Of a stretch of DNA of 64,000 nucleotides, positions 9,301-18,798 are shown piece by piece. The translations under genes and the position numbers were made by a program. Source of the stretch: a virus (lineage: Duplodnaviria; Caudoviricetes); IMG/VR virus record IMGVR_UViG_3300036971_000130. One strand, 5' to 3'. Position 1 is the first letter of the stretch, and each line of letters opens with the position of its first letter. The notes under the pieces are model-generated. The model was not told where the DNA came from. It made no database searches and was given only the letters and a program-made list of their open reading frames with translations.

Positions 9301-12300
9301 CCCGATTCGAGGGTCACCGTGGTGGTGAGACCGTTCGAGTCGGTGGCCGGGGTACCAGCACCGAGCGGCGACAGGCTGTAGCCATCCGGGGTGGTGAAGG
9401 TGACCGTGTAGGTGCCGGGCACGAGTCCGGTGAACTCGTAGGCACCGTTCTCGTCGGTGGTGGTCGTGTCGGTGAAGCCGTCGGGACCGGTGACGGTGAC
9501 GGTGACACCCTCGATGCCAGGCTCGCCAGCATCCTGCACGCCGTTGGCGTTGAGGTCGTGCCAGACGAAGTCACCAACCGATGCGGGAAGGTACGCACCG
9601 AGGTCGATGGTGTCGTCCTCGTCGCCCGATTCGAGGGTCACCGTGGTGGTGAGACCGTTCGAGTCGGTGGCCGGGGTACCAGCGCCCTCAGGCGACAGTT
9701 CGTAGCCGTCCGACGTGGTGAAGGTGACCGTGTACTCACCAGGAACGAGATCGGTGAACTCGTAGGCACCGTTCTCGTCGGTGGTGGTCGTGTCGGTGAA
9801 GCCGTCGGGACCGGAGATGGTCACCGTGACACCCTCGATGCCAGGCTCGCCAGCATCCTGCACGCCGTTGGCGTTGAGGTCGTTCCAGACGAAGTTGCCG
9901 ACGGTGGCCGGACGGTAGAGACCGAGGTCGATCGTCGGATCGTTGTCACCAGCGGACAGGACCACCGAGGTGACGAGTCCGTTGGAATCGACGGTCCGGT
10001 CGGTGCCGACCGCAGTCGGGGACGGGGTCCACGACGGGGACAGGAAGGTCACCTGATAGGTGCCGGGCACGAGATCGGTGAACTCGTAGGCACCGTTCGA
10101 GTCGGTGACGACATCGGCGGTGAACCCAGCCGGTCCGAGGACACGGACGGTGACACCAGCGATGCCCGGCTCACCGGCATCCTGGATGCCGTTGGCGTTC
10201 AGGTCGTGCCAGACGAAGTCACCGAAGGAGGCGAGTTCGTAGACGCCGAGGTCGATGGTCGGGTTGTTCTCACCGGAAGCGAGGACGATCGTGGTCGTGA
10301 GACCGTTGGAGTCGACCGCACGATCGGTTCCGACAGCCGTCGGGGAGATGACGTGACCAGCAGGCGTCGTGAACGTGACGGTGTACGAGCCGGGGACGAG
10401 GTCCGTGAACTCGTAGGCACCATCGGCGTCAGTGGCCGTCGTGTCGGTGAAGCCAGCCGGACCGGTGATGGTCACGGTGACACCCTCGACACCGTTCTCG
10501 CCAGCATCCTGCACGCCGTTGGCGTTCGTGTCGTACCAGACGAAGTCACCGACCGAAGCGAACTCGTAGAGACCGAGGTCGACGGTCGAGTTCGTGACGC
10601 CGCCAGCGAGAGCGACCGTGGTCGTGAGACCGTTGGAGTCGACCGCACGGTCGGTGCCAACCAGAGCCGGGGACAGGTTGTAGCCGTCCGGCGTGGTGAA
10701 GGTGACCGTGTAGGTGCCGGGCACGAGATCGGTGAACTCGTAGGCACCGTTCTCGTCGGTGGTGGTCGTGTCGGTGAAGCCGTCGGGACCGGAGATGGTC
10801 ACCGTGACACCTTCGATGCCAGGCTCGCCAGCGTCCTGCACGCCGTTGGCGTTGAGGTCGTTCCAGACGAAGTCACCAACGGTTGCGACCTGGTAGACGC
10901 CGAAGTCGATCGTCGGGTCGCTCTGACCGCCGGTCAGCGTGACCGTCGAGGTGAGACCGTTCGAGTCGTTGTCGTCGTCGCCGGTGTTGGCCGGGGACTC
11001 GGTGTAGCCGTCGGGCGTGGTGAACGTGACGGTGTAGGTGCCCGGCGGAAGGTCGATGAACGAGTAGTTGCCGTTGGCGTCGGTGACGACCGAAGCAGCC
11101 TCGTCATCGGAGTTCGTCAGGGTCACCGTGACACCAGCGAGACCGGGCTCGCCAGCATCCTGGATGCCGTTGGCGTTCAGGTCGTTCCAGACCCGGTCAC
11201 CGAGCGAGGCAAGCTGGAAGATGCCGTAGTCGATGGAGAGGTTCGTCTCGGCGTTGCCGAGGACGACCGTGACAGCGGCACCGTCGGAGTCGACCTCATC
11301 GTCGGTTCCGGCGTTGTACGGAGCAGCGATCCAGCCGGTCGGCTCGGTGAAGGTCACCACGTAGGTGCCAGGCGGGAGGTCGCTGAACAGGTACTTGCCG
11401 TCGGCATCGGTCACCGTGTTGACGGTCCCGTCGGGGCCGTTGAGGGAGACACCGACACCGGGGACACCAGGCTCACCGGCATCCTGGATGCCGTTGCCGT
11501 TCAGGTCGTTCCAGACCGTGTCACCGATGGCCCCGGTCTGGTAGATGCCGAGGTCGATCGTGCCGTTGTGCTCACCAGCCGCCAGCGTGACGTTGGAGTT
11601 GGCACCGTTGGAGTCGACAGCCGTGTCCGTTCCAGCGTTGGTCGGGGAGGCCGAGTAGCCGGTCGGGATGATGAAGTCGACGGTGTAGGAACCGGGAGCG
11701 AGACCGGTGAACTCGTAGGAGCCGTCGGAGCCGGTCGTGGTGATGGCTACGACGAGACCGTCACGAAGGAGGGTCACGACGACACCTTCGACGCCGTCCT
11801 CGGTTCCATCCTGGATGCCGTCGCTGTTGGTGTCGAGCCAGACCCAGTCACCGAGCGAAGCAGGTTCGTAGAAGCCGTAGTCGATCGAGAGGTCTTCGTC
11901 GCCCGAAGCGAGGGTCACCTCGTAGTCGTTCGGGTTGGAGTCGTTCTCCGGGTCGTCGCCAACGCCGATGGGCGAAGCAACGAAGCCGTCGGGGGCCGTG
12001 ACGTGCACCGTGTAGGTGCCGGGGTCCACCTCGAACTGGTACCAGCCGTCACCATCGGTCTGCGTGGAGTCGATCACGTTGCCGTCGGCATCGAGCAGTT
12101 CGACGGTGACGTTCGGGATACCGAACTCGCCTTCCTCCTGGATGCCGTTGGCGTTCGTGTCGTTCCAGACGACATCACCGAGCAGAGCGGTCGAGTAGAA
12201 GCCGGTGTCGATGGTCGGGTTGTCCTCGCCAGCGGTGAGGGTGACCGGGACACCGTTGCCGTCGGAGTCGATGGTGTTGTCGTCTCCGACCTGGTAGCCG

Positions 12301-15300
12301 GTCGGACGGCAGCGGCCGGGAACGATCCGGTTTTGACCACCATTGTCGCCGGGGTCGAACGGTGGGGTGCAGCCGTTCGGGACATCGAAGACGATGACGT
12401 ACTCACCGGGAGCGAGGTCGTGGAAGTAGTAGTTGCCGTTGGCGTCGGTCACCATCGAGGTGACGACGGAGCCATCGGGACGGGTGAGCCAGACGGTGGC
12501 ACCTTCGATGCCGGGCTCGCCGTCATCCTGGATGCCGTTGGCGTTGATGTCTTCCCACACGAGGTTGCCGACCGAAGCGGTCTGGTACATGCCGAGGTCG
12601 ATCGTCATGTTGTGGGTGTTCTCGGGGAGCGTCACGTTGGAGGTGAGACCGTTCGAGTCGTTCGCCGGGTCGCCACCAACACCAGACGGGGAGACCGTCC
12701 AGCCGGAGGGACGAACGAAGTTCACCGTGTAGGCACCGGGAGCCAGATTGTCGAACAGGTAGGCACCGTTGGCATCGGTCGTCGTCGTTGCGACAGTGAG
12801 GCCATCACGGACCAGGTTGACGGTGACGTTCGGGATTCCGACCTCACCGGCGTTCTGGACACCGTTGCCGTTGACATCGTTCCAGACGAAGTCACCGATG
12901 GACGACGGACGGTAGAGGCCGAGGTCGATCGTCGGGTTGTTGTTGCCGTTGATCGTCACCGTCGAGGTGAGACCGTTGGAGTCGACCGAACGATCGGTGC
13001 CGACAGCCGTCGGGGATGCGACGTAGCCGGACGGAGCGGTGAAGGTGACGGTGTAGTCGCCAGCCGGGAGGTTCGTGAACGAGTAGGCACCGTTGGCGTC
13101 GGTCGTGCGGGTCTCGCTGTAGCCGTTCGGGCCGGTAGCGGTGACCGTGACACCGGAGATGTTCGGCTCCCCGGCATCCTGGATGCCGTTGGCGTTCACG
13201 TCGTGCCAGACCCGGTCACCGATGGAGCCGGGGACCCAGAGGCCGAGGTCGATCGACATGTTGGCTTCGCCGTTGCCGATCTCGACGGTCGTGGTGAGGC
13301 CGTTCGAGTCAGCTTCACGATCGGTCCCAACGGCCGTCGGAGACAGCGTGTAGCCGGACGGCATCACGAAGGTGACGGTGTACTCGCCGGGAGTGAGGTC
13401 GTAGAAGCCGTAGACGCCTGTGGCGTCAGTGGTGGTCGTGGCGGTGACCCCACCGGGGCCAGCCAGGTTCACGGTCACACCAGCGATGCCGGGCTCACCG
13501 GCGTCCTGGATGCCGTTGGCGTTGAGGTCGTTCCAGACGAGGTCACCGACAGCGGCGGTCTGGTAGAAGCCAGCGTCGATGGTCAGGTTCGTGTCGTTGA
13601 CCTCGGTGCCGGTGATGGTCACCGGGGCGTTGCCACCAACCGGGTTGGAGTCGACAGCACGATCGGAACCGACAGCCGAAGGCGAAGGGACGTGACCAGC
13701 GGGGGTCACGAACTGGACCGTGTAGGAGCCGATGCGGAGGTTCTCGAACAGGTAGTTGCCGTTGGCGTCGGTCGTCGTCGTGGCGATGACCGCACCGGTC
13801 GAGTTCAGCAGGCGGACGGTGGCGTTCGGGATGCCGTTCTCGCCAGCGTCCTGGATGCCGTCACGGTCGTCGTCGTACCAGACACGGTCACCGAGCGAGA
13901 AGGCACGGATGACCACGGTCACGTCGTTCGACCGGATCGGGAGGATCGGTCCGTCGGTACCGTTCCGGATCGAGCCACCGACATCGTTCGTGTAGATGTC
14001 GCCAGCAGCGTTGCCAGCCGTCGTCATCTGAACGGTGTAGGTCCGGGTCTCGCCGGAGCCGAGAGCGTTCGAGTCCTTGATGCGGACAGCGGTGACGGCA
14101 CCCCAGTTGGTGATGCCAGCGGCAGCGACCCAGGTGGTCGATCCGCCGGTCTGGTTGGAGGCAGCCAGCGGGTTGTAGGAGATCGAGGCCGGGGCGGCGG
14201 TCGTGTACTGGTAGGTGCGACCAGCGACAGCGGTGAGCGGCCCGGAGAGTCCGACGGTGCCGGAGAAGTCCGAGGCAGGTTCACGGTCGACGGAGTCGTC
14301 GCCGTTCCACGGGAGAATGTCGATCACGTCGATGGCGGCGATCGTGGTCTCACCCTGGTTGGTGAGGATCAGGTCCCACGGGATCGTCGAGTTCGGGTAG
14401 TTGATCGCCGGAGCGGAGGTGCCCTTGGTGATGTTCAGTTCGTAGCGACCGACACGGAACGAGACGGCCTGCGTGTCGACCATCGGGTTCTGGGCGTCGG
14501 TTGCGCCGGTCGGCTGGACGATGCCTCCACCGACGACACGAGCGGTGTTGGTCCAGGAACCACCCGGCGTTGCGACGCCGACCTTGGCCCTGGCCGTGAA
14601 CTCGATCTTGACGATCGAGTTGTTCGGGATCTTCGGGAGGGTCCAGACACGGTGGTTGGATGCGTTCAGGGTCGGCTCGATGTTCGAGGTCACGCCGTTG
14701 ATGGTGACGACCGACGAACCAGCCTGGTAGTTGAACGGGGACGAGGTCTGGCTGACCGACTCATCTCGGACCTGAAGGCCGGAGATGTTGCCGCCGGAGA
14801 TGCCGGAGGTGTCGACATCGAGGCAGAACTGGACGGGAGCGCCGACAGCGATCTCTGGGGTTCCGGTCTCGCCACAGACGGTCTTGTCGAAGGCTGCGAC
14901 AGCGTTCGTGGTGATGATCCGGTCACCGGAGCGGGAGTCACCGGTGTTGGCGGGGACGTTGTAGATGTCTGCCTTTCCATCGGGAGCGGTGTTCGTACCA
15001 ATCCAGTAGGAGTCGTAGGCGTTCAGGTTGGTGTTACGGGTGAAGCCGTTGATACCGAGCGCCGTGTTGCCGTAGAAGCCGTTGGAGGAAGCGTTCCAGA
15101 AGCCGAGGACGGTTCCGTTGGTGTAGGAGCCGATGGTGAACGGGACACGGAGAGCGAGGACGATGGTCCGGTTCTCGTTGGTGGTCGCCGTGACAGCCGG
15201 GCGCATGTCGCCCCACGCACGAACGGCGTTGAACGTTGCCGGACGGGTGTCGGACCACGTTGCGTCGGAGTCGTCGCACTGGGTGGTGGCCGAGATGCCC

Positions 15301-16814
15301 GAGATCGTGGCGTACTGGATGCGGATGGCACCGTGAGCCGGAGTCGTCAGCGTCGGGTTGCCGGTGAGGGACGATCCGTGGACATCAGCCACAGCGTTGC
15401 CGGAAGCAGTCATCGTCTGACGGAACTTCATGCAGACGGCGGTGCCCTGGATGTCGCCGGTGAAGCGGGACGGGTTGACGGCCGAGTAGGCGACAGCGTT
15501 CACCTGAGCGCCGGTGAAGGTCCGCTGCTCACCGCCGGTGCCGTAGTTCTGCGGGACGAACTGCGGGTAGAGGAAGGTCGAATACTGACCTTCGAGGGTG
15601 CCCGCTCCGGGGCCGAGGCCATAGGAACTGTTCACCCACGCCGAGAACTGGTTGCGGTACCCGAACTCGACGACCTTGAAGAACGAGGACGCTGCGGAGT
15701 TGTTGGTCGTGTTGAAATCGGAGACGTTCGCTCCGCCACCACGGGGGACACCGACGACGTTCGTGATGTTCAGGGTGAAGGGGGTCGTGCCGACCGGGAT
15801 GTCGGTCTCCGGCACGAAGATCGTGAGAGCGCCGGAGGTTACGACTCGGTTCGACATGCCCGAAGCGGAGAGCGTCTCGTTGTTGAACCCGGTGACGGAG
15901 GTGTCGACCGTGGTGTCACCCGAAGACGAGAAGGTGCCAGCCCAGGCACCGGAGCCGGGGATGATCCACTCGGCCGAGTTGAACGCCACCGAGGAACCGC
16001 CGGGAGCAGCCTGCGAACGGAAGGGACCGGACGAGTTCAGACCGAGAGGTGTCGTCTGGTGAGGGAACGCCATGTTGGTGTTCGTGGTCAGACGAGCGTT
16101 CGGGAACTGGGTCTGGATGTTCGCCCAGTTGGCGACGAAGGAGACCGACGACAGCGGCAGGGAACCGAAGGCACCGTCAGCGGACGTGCGAACGTCGATG
16201 GCGTAGGTCAGGAAGCGACCGGGAGTGCCACCAGCACTCGGGGTCTGTGTCGAAGCGATGAGACGGGTGGACACGTCGACACGGGGAACACCGGTGATTC
16301 GGATGGTCGGAGCGGACACGGGCGCTCCGCCGACGGTCACCGACTGCGAGAGCAGGTCGTTGTTTTTCACGTCGCCGCTCGCCTGCACGGCGTAGTCGAG
16401 AGCGATCGTGGTTCCCTGTGTCATCGGTCCGAGGTTGCAGGTGAGGGTCTTCTGGTTTGCAGAGACCGACGACCCCGGCATGTTGCAGGCCTTCGGCGGG
16501 TTGATCCCGTCGTCGTTGGCGGAACCATCAAGGAACCGGCCGTTGGTCAGGGTGATGACCGAGACCACGTTGCCGACCGAATCGGCCCCGTTCTGGGAGA
16601 CGTTGAGACGGAACTGAGCCTTGTCGTAGGTCGGGATCACACCGTCGGTTGGCGACCCGGATGACGAGTCGGAGACGATGGAGAGCACAGCATCCGTTCG
16701 TGGAGGTCCGGTCTCCGCAGAAGCGATTGTTGCGAAGCTCGAAGCTCCGATCAGAACTGCGAGGATCGGCAGGAGCCGACGCACTCGCTTGTCGGATGTG
16801 ACCCGTGCAGTCAT
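6393..16814 (-). CDS. Giant cell-wall-anchored adhesin with 21 SdrD-B-like repeats
   Basis: Signal peptide after MTARVTSDKRVRR (RBS AAGGGA); ~970-aa N-terminal region with DUF11-like folds; 21 G[DN]xVWxDxxx[ND]GxQ repeats of ~110 aa; DUF11-like domain; PT linker; VPVTG + TM + RRRK sortase signal. Confidence 0.95.
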   Translation of the reverse strand: MTARVTSDKRVRRLLPILAVLIGASSFATIASAETGPPRTDAVLSIVSDSSSGSPTDGVIPTYDKAQFRLNVSQNGADSVGNVVSVITLTNGRFLDGSANDDGINPPKACNMPGSSVSANQKTLTCNLGPMTQGTTIALDYAVQASGDVKNNDLLSQSVTVGGAPVSAPTIRITGVPRVDVSTRLIASTQTPSAGGTPGRFLTYAIDVRTSADGAFGSLPLSSVSFVANWANIQTQFPNARLTTNTNMAFPHQTTPLGLNSSGPFRSQAAPGGSSVAFNSAEWIIPGSGAWAGTFSSSGDTTVDTSVTGFNNETLSASGMSNRVVTSGALTIFVPETDIPVGTTPFTLNITNVVGVPRGGGANVSDFNTTNNSAASSFFKVVEFGYRNQFSAWVNSSYGLGPGAGTLEGQYSTFLYPQFVPQNYGTGGEQRTFTGAQVNAVAYSAVNPSRFTGDIQGTAVCMKFRQTMTASGNAVADVHGSSLTGNPTLTTPAHGAIRIQYATISGISATTQCDDSDATWSDTRPATFNAVRAWGDMRPAVTATTNENRTIVLALRVPFTIGSYTNGTVLGFWNASSNGFYGNTALGINGFTRNTNLNAYDSYWIGTNTAPDGKADIYNVPANTGDSRSGDRIITTNAVAAFDKTVCGETGTPEIAVGAPVQFCLDVDTSGISGGNISGLQVRDESVSQTSSPFNYQAGSSVVTINGVTSNIEPTLNASNHRVWTLPKIPNNSIVKIEFTARAKVGVATPGGSWTNTARVVGGGIVQPTGATDAQNPMVDTQAVSFRVGRYELNITKGTSAPAINYPNSTIPWDLILTNQGETTIAAIDVIDILPWNGDDSVDREPASDFSGTVGLSGPLTAVAGRTYQYTTAAPASISYNPLAASNQTGGSTTWVAAAGITNWGAVTAVRIKDSNALGSGETRTYTVQMTTAGNAAGDIYTNDVGGSIRNGTDGPILPIRSNDVTVVIRAFSLGDRVWYDDDRDGIQDAGENGIPNATVRLLNSTGAVIATTTTDANGNYLFENLRIGSYTVQFVTPAGHVPSPSAVGSDRAVDSNPVGGNAPVTITGTEVNDTNLTIDAGFYQTAAVGDLVWNDLNANGIQDAGEPGIAGVTVNLAGPGGVTATTTTDATGVYGFYDLTPGEYTVTFVMPSGYTLSPTAVGTDREADSNGLTTTVEIGNGEANMSIDLGLWVPGSIGDRVWHDVNANGIQDAGEPNISGVTVTATGPNGYSETRTTDANGAYSFTNLPAGDYTVTFTAPSGYVASPTAVGTDRSVDSNGLTSTVTINGNNNPTIDLGLYRPSSIGDFVWNDVNGNGVQNAGEVGIPNVTVNLVRDGLTVATTTTDANGAYLFDNLAPGAYTVNFVRPSGWTVSPSGVGGDPANDSNGLTSNVTLPENTHNMTIDLGMYQTASVGNLVWEDINANGIQDDGEPGIEGATVWLTRPDGSVVTSMVTDANGNYYFHDLAPGEYVIVFDVPNGCTPPFDPGDNGGQNRIVPGRCRPTGYQVGDDNTIDSDGNGVPVTLTAGEDNPTIDTGFYSTALLGDVVWNDTNANGIQEEGEFGIPNVTVELLDADGNVIDSTQTDGDGWYQFEVDPGTYTVHVTAPDGFVASPIGVGDDPENDSNPNDYEVTLASGDEDLSIDYGFYEPASLGDWVWLDTNSDGIQDGTEDGVEGVVVTLLRDGLVVAITTTGSDGSYEFTGLAPGSYTVDFIIPTGYSASPTNAGTDTAVDSNGANSNVTLAAGEHNGTIDLGIYQTGAIGDTVWNDLNGNGIQDAGEPGVPGVGVSLNGPDGTVNTVTDADGKYLFSDLPPGTYVVTFTEPTGWIAAPYNAGTDDEVDSDGAAVTVVLGNAETNLSIDYGIFQLASLGDRVWNDLNANGIQDAGEPGLAGVTVTLTNSDDEAASVVTDANGNYSFIDLPPGTYTVTFTTPDGYTESPANTGDDDNDSNGLTSTVTLTGGQSDPTIDFGVYQVATVGDFVWNDLNANGVQDAGEPGIEGVTVTISGPDGFTDTTTTDENGAYEFTDLVPGTYTVTFTTPDGYNLSPALVGTDRAVDSNGLTTTVALAGGVTNSTVDLGLYEFASVGDFVWYDTNANGVQDAGENGVEGVTVTITGPAGFTDTTATDADGAYEFTDLVPGSYTVTFTTPAGHVISPTAVGTDRAVDSNGLTTTIVLASGENNPTIDLGVYELASFGDFVWHDLNANGIQDAGEPGIAGVTVRVLGPAGFTADVVTDSNGAYEFTDLVPGTYQVTFLSPSWTPSPTAVGTDRTVDSNGLVTSVVLSAGDNDPTIDLGLYRPATVGNFVWNDLNANGVQDAGEPGIEGVTVTISGPDGFTDTTTTDENGAYEFTDLVPGEYTVTFTTSDGYELSPEGAGTPATDSNGLTTTVTLESGDEDDTIDLGAYLPASVGDFVWHDLNANGVQDAGEPGIEGVTVTVTGPDGFTDTTTTDENGAYEFTGLVPGTYTVTFTTPDGYSLSPLGAGTPATDSNGLTTTVTLESGDEDDTIDLGAFVPAEVGDFVWEDLNANGVQDADEPGIEGVTVNLMSGNLTVATTTTDENGEYLFTGLIPGDYRVVFVAPAGYVASPVNVGTDDAVDSDGTSVDVTLADSESNLTVDLGLYRPASIGDFVWQDTNANGVQDAGEPGIEGVTVTVTGPDGFTATTTTDADGAYSFTGLVPGEYTVTFTKPDTHNLSPEGAGTPATDSDGLTTTVTLESGDEDDTIDLGLWVPGTIGDFVWQDTNANGVQDAGEPGIEGVTVTISGPDGFTATATTDENGEYLFDDLAPGEYTVTFTVPDGYNISPVNVGDPGTDSNGVTSTVELPMGESDLSVDLGLYRPASVGDYVWRDSNANGVQDEGENGIEGVTVTIVGADGFTDTTTTDEDGLYIFTGLIPGDYTVTFTAPDGYALSPALVGTDRAVDSNGENTDLTLVSGDRIRTVDLGLYRPISVGDFVWHDLNANGVQDENEPGIEGVTVTIEGPDNYTATTTTDADGKYIFEGLAPGEYIITFSDTPDGFVLSPTTAGSDTEVDSNGLMTTVNLPTDEDTDLSIDLGLYRPVSLGDCVWEDVNGNGQQDEGEAGVPGVVVILTDADGNEVARTTTGDDCKYLFENLPPGDYTVTFEAPEGMIPTHTNVGDPATDSNGPSDDVTLTDGENNTTIDFGLVRPVSLGDTVWADENGNGQQDNDEPGVQGVTVTLTNANGDQVATTTTDADGKYLFTGLIPGTYTVTFSNLPAGMVITSTETGDDRTIDSNGLTTTVTLTSGQSDLTIDLGLIRPKVGIAIVKYVNGDDANEAPGVELTVGDEVTWTYVVTNVGETDLVDVKVTDDIEGDITCPATDLPAGESFTCELTGVVTKGQYTNVGTVTGTNSLDPDESVTDDDPANYTGVVPPVEPPVTPTTVPPVTPTTNPPTTVPVTPTTPAPPITSKPGIPVPVTGAGIALIGLIGLGSILGGLVLVRRRKNDAGE

Positions 16815-16857
16815 GTGTTCCCTTGGTGGATGATCCGTCATCGGAGACCGATCGTGT

Positions 16858-16887
16858 GACACTAGTACGTTTGCGTGGCGATGTCAC
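16858..16887 (-). promoter_or_regulatory. Possible sigma70-type promoter of the adhesin
   Basis: Minus strand GTGACA-N17-TAGTGT. Confidence 0.4.
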
Positions 16888-16918
16888 CACACTCTGTCAA
16901 AATTCTCTCAGGTTGCTC

Positions 16919-17575
16919 TCAGAGAAGGCCGGTGACCAGGGCAGAAGCCCATCGTCGAGCACCGGCATCGTAGGTTCCGTGAGCAACCGTCTGGAAGTGA
17001 ACGAGGTCGTCGGACCGAACGGCGATACGGCCGTCCCGCCCGCAGTACGTCTTCTCCACAGACAGGCAGGGAAGGGTCTTGGTCCAAGCCCCTTCCGCTG
17101 AGACAGCCCTGCTGCCAGACTCGTCGACGCTCCACCCGAATCCCCGAGCCATCGCTGCGAGGCGATCGTTCAGGGCCGGATCGGGGTCGGTGTGGTGGCG
17201 AGGCGGAGGCACCGCCCACGTCACCGGGACCAACTGCTCCTTGGCGATCTTCGCCACACCGGCCAGAGCGGTCCGGTAGTTGTCGATGAATGCCTTGGAG
17301 CCAACCGCCAGGCCAGGTTCACCGGTGACCGGAGCACCCATGCAGGGCGTGAGGGAGTTGCCGTAGAACTCGATCACGAGACGATCGACCTTCGGCTTCG
17401 AGCGGAGCCTCTTGGTGATCGACGGGACCATGTCGCAGGGGGCGGTGCCGCCGAGGGCGTTGACCTCGGCCTTCCCGAGACCCTGAGCGGCGGTTTCCCA
17501 CTCCAACTGAGCCCTGGCCTGCCAGGTGATCGAGTCACCGTAGAAGGCGACCATGATGGCGATGGATGCCCTCAC
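16919..17575 (-). CDS. SGNH/GDSL hydrolase family protein
   Basis: FYGDSI (block I), FYGNS, DDLVHF (DxxH); GTG start overlaps the upstream TGA. Confidence 0.75.
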   Translation of the reverse strand: MRASIAIMVAFYGDSITWQARAQLEWETAAQGLGKAEVNALGGTAPCDMVPSITKRLRSKPKVDRLVIEFYGNSLTPCMGAPVTGEPGLAVGSKAFIDNYRTALAGVAKIAKEQLVPVTWAVPPPRHHTDPDPALNDRLAAMARGFGWSVDESGSRAVSAEGAWTKTLPCLSVEKTYCGRDGRIAVRSDDLVHFQTVAHGTYDAGARRWASALVTGLL

Positions 17576-18684
17576 CGAAGCATCGAGTCCGAGAACTCGT
17601 CCGGCCACACGCTGCCAGCCGGGCGGAGAGCTTCGACGTGAGGCACCAGACGTGCGCTGATCACATCGGACCGTCCAGCTTCGACAGCGGAGATCATCAC
17701 CTTGACCGTGCGGTTCCAGATGTTGACGAAGCTGTCGCTGTGGGTCTTGGACCGGAGGAAGGATTCGAGGCCCTGAGCCAGAGCGAACAGGCGATCGTCG
17801 CCGCTGTTCCAGTTCACGATCGAGGGGTCACGCAGGACCGACGGGATGTCGTAGAGGTCGTTGGCCTCGTACCACTGCATGAACTCGGTCGCAGCGCCTC
17901 GACCGACAGCACCGGCGAAGATCAGCGACATCGCCTCATGGTCCTTCGGCCGAAGTTCGACGGCCGCACGAGCGGCGTTGGTCCACGAACGAGGGGACGG
18001 CCAGATCACCGGGTCCTCGTGGTGCGTGGGGAGGTCACCTTCGAGCAGGTGGTTGCCACGGAGGAAGGTCGTGATGCCAGACCGAAATCGCATCCGGTGA
18101 GACTTCATCTCGTCGCCTTCGAGGTTGTGGATGAACTTCTCCATCGGCTCGTACTCCATCTGCTCGAAGTCGATGGCGAAGCCGTCCAACCATGCCTCGG
18201 TCTGGAAGTCCCAGGTGAGATGGACGAAGCGGTTGGCGACCGGCATCGAGAGGGTCCAGCCGTCCGTGGCGATCCTTGCGGGGTTGGCGATGGCGACCAT
18301 CCGCACACCTTCGAGGTGAAGCTCACCAACCCACCGCTCCTGCACAACACGCTGCTGGGCACGCTGGATTTCTGGGGCACCACCGAACTCGTCGAGCAGG
18401 AGGACCGAGCGTGGTTCGCTGGTTCCTGCCGCCCTCTCAGCGAGACGTGCTGCCCACTTGATCGGAGTGTAGGAGCCGTCCTCGGTGGCGAAACCGAGGA
18501 AGTCGGTCGCCTCACGGTTGGACCCGACGACAGTTTCGACGTAGAGGCCCCATCCTCGAAGCACCGACTCCAAGGTGGCGGTCTTTGCGATACCGGGGTT
18601 GCCCCACAGTAGGACGGGTACGTCAGCCTTGACGCACGCAGCGATCGCTCTCATCATCGGCTGGTTCGAGTAGTTGACTTTCAT
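17572..18684 (-). CDS. MoxR-like AAA+ ATPase
   Basis: WGNPGIAKT, LLLDEFG, AIANP, ANRFVH, WPSPRSW; AGGAG RBS. Confidence 0.9.
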   Translation of the reverse strand: MKVNYSNQPMMRAIAACVKADVPVLLWGNPGIAKTATLESVLRGWGLYVETVVGSNREATDFLGFATEDGSYTPIKWAARLAERAAGTSEPRSVLLLDEFGGAPEIQRAQQRVVQERWVGELHLEGVRMVAIANPARIATDGWTLSMPVANRFVHLTWDFQTEAWLDGFAIDFEQMEYEPMEKFIHNLEGDEMKSHRMRFRSGITTFLRGNHLLEGDLPTHHEDPVIWPSPRSWTNAARAAVELRPKDHEAMSLIFAGAVGRGAATEFMQWYEANDLYDIPSVLRDPSIVNWNSGDDRLFALAQGLESFLRSKTHSDSFVNIWNRTVKVMISAVEAGRSDVISARLVPHVEALRPAGSVWPDEFSDSMLR

Positions 18685-18776
18685 CGTACTCCTGGTGGTC
18701 GGGACGGCCTACCCAACCATCATGGGTTGGCGAAGAACCCCTCCGAGGAAGGGTGCCGGTCCGTCAGTTCACCAGG

Positions 18777-18798
18777 AACCTATCAGCCGGGGGTGACA
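18777..18798 (-). promoter_or_regulatory. PafBC/RecA-NDp-like promoter
   Basis: TGTCAC-ccccggctga-TAGGTT upstream of the AAA ATPase. Confidence 0.5.

Noticed and set aside
7000-13900. Regular ~330-bp repeats as a CRISPR or ncRNA array
   Set aside because: They are in-frame protein domain repeats with no unique spacers
7404-16664. 3086-aa plus-strand ORF
   Set aside because: Antisense shadow of the adhesin. High-GC codon bias removes stops on the opposite strand, and it has no domain features.
16882-16903. TGTCAC-N10-CAAAAT as a sixth PafBC-like promoter
   Set aside because: It lacks the CCCC and points antisense into the SGNH gene; probably coincidental
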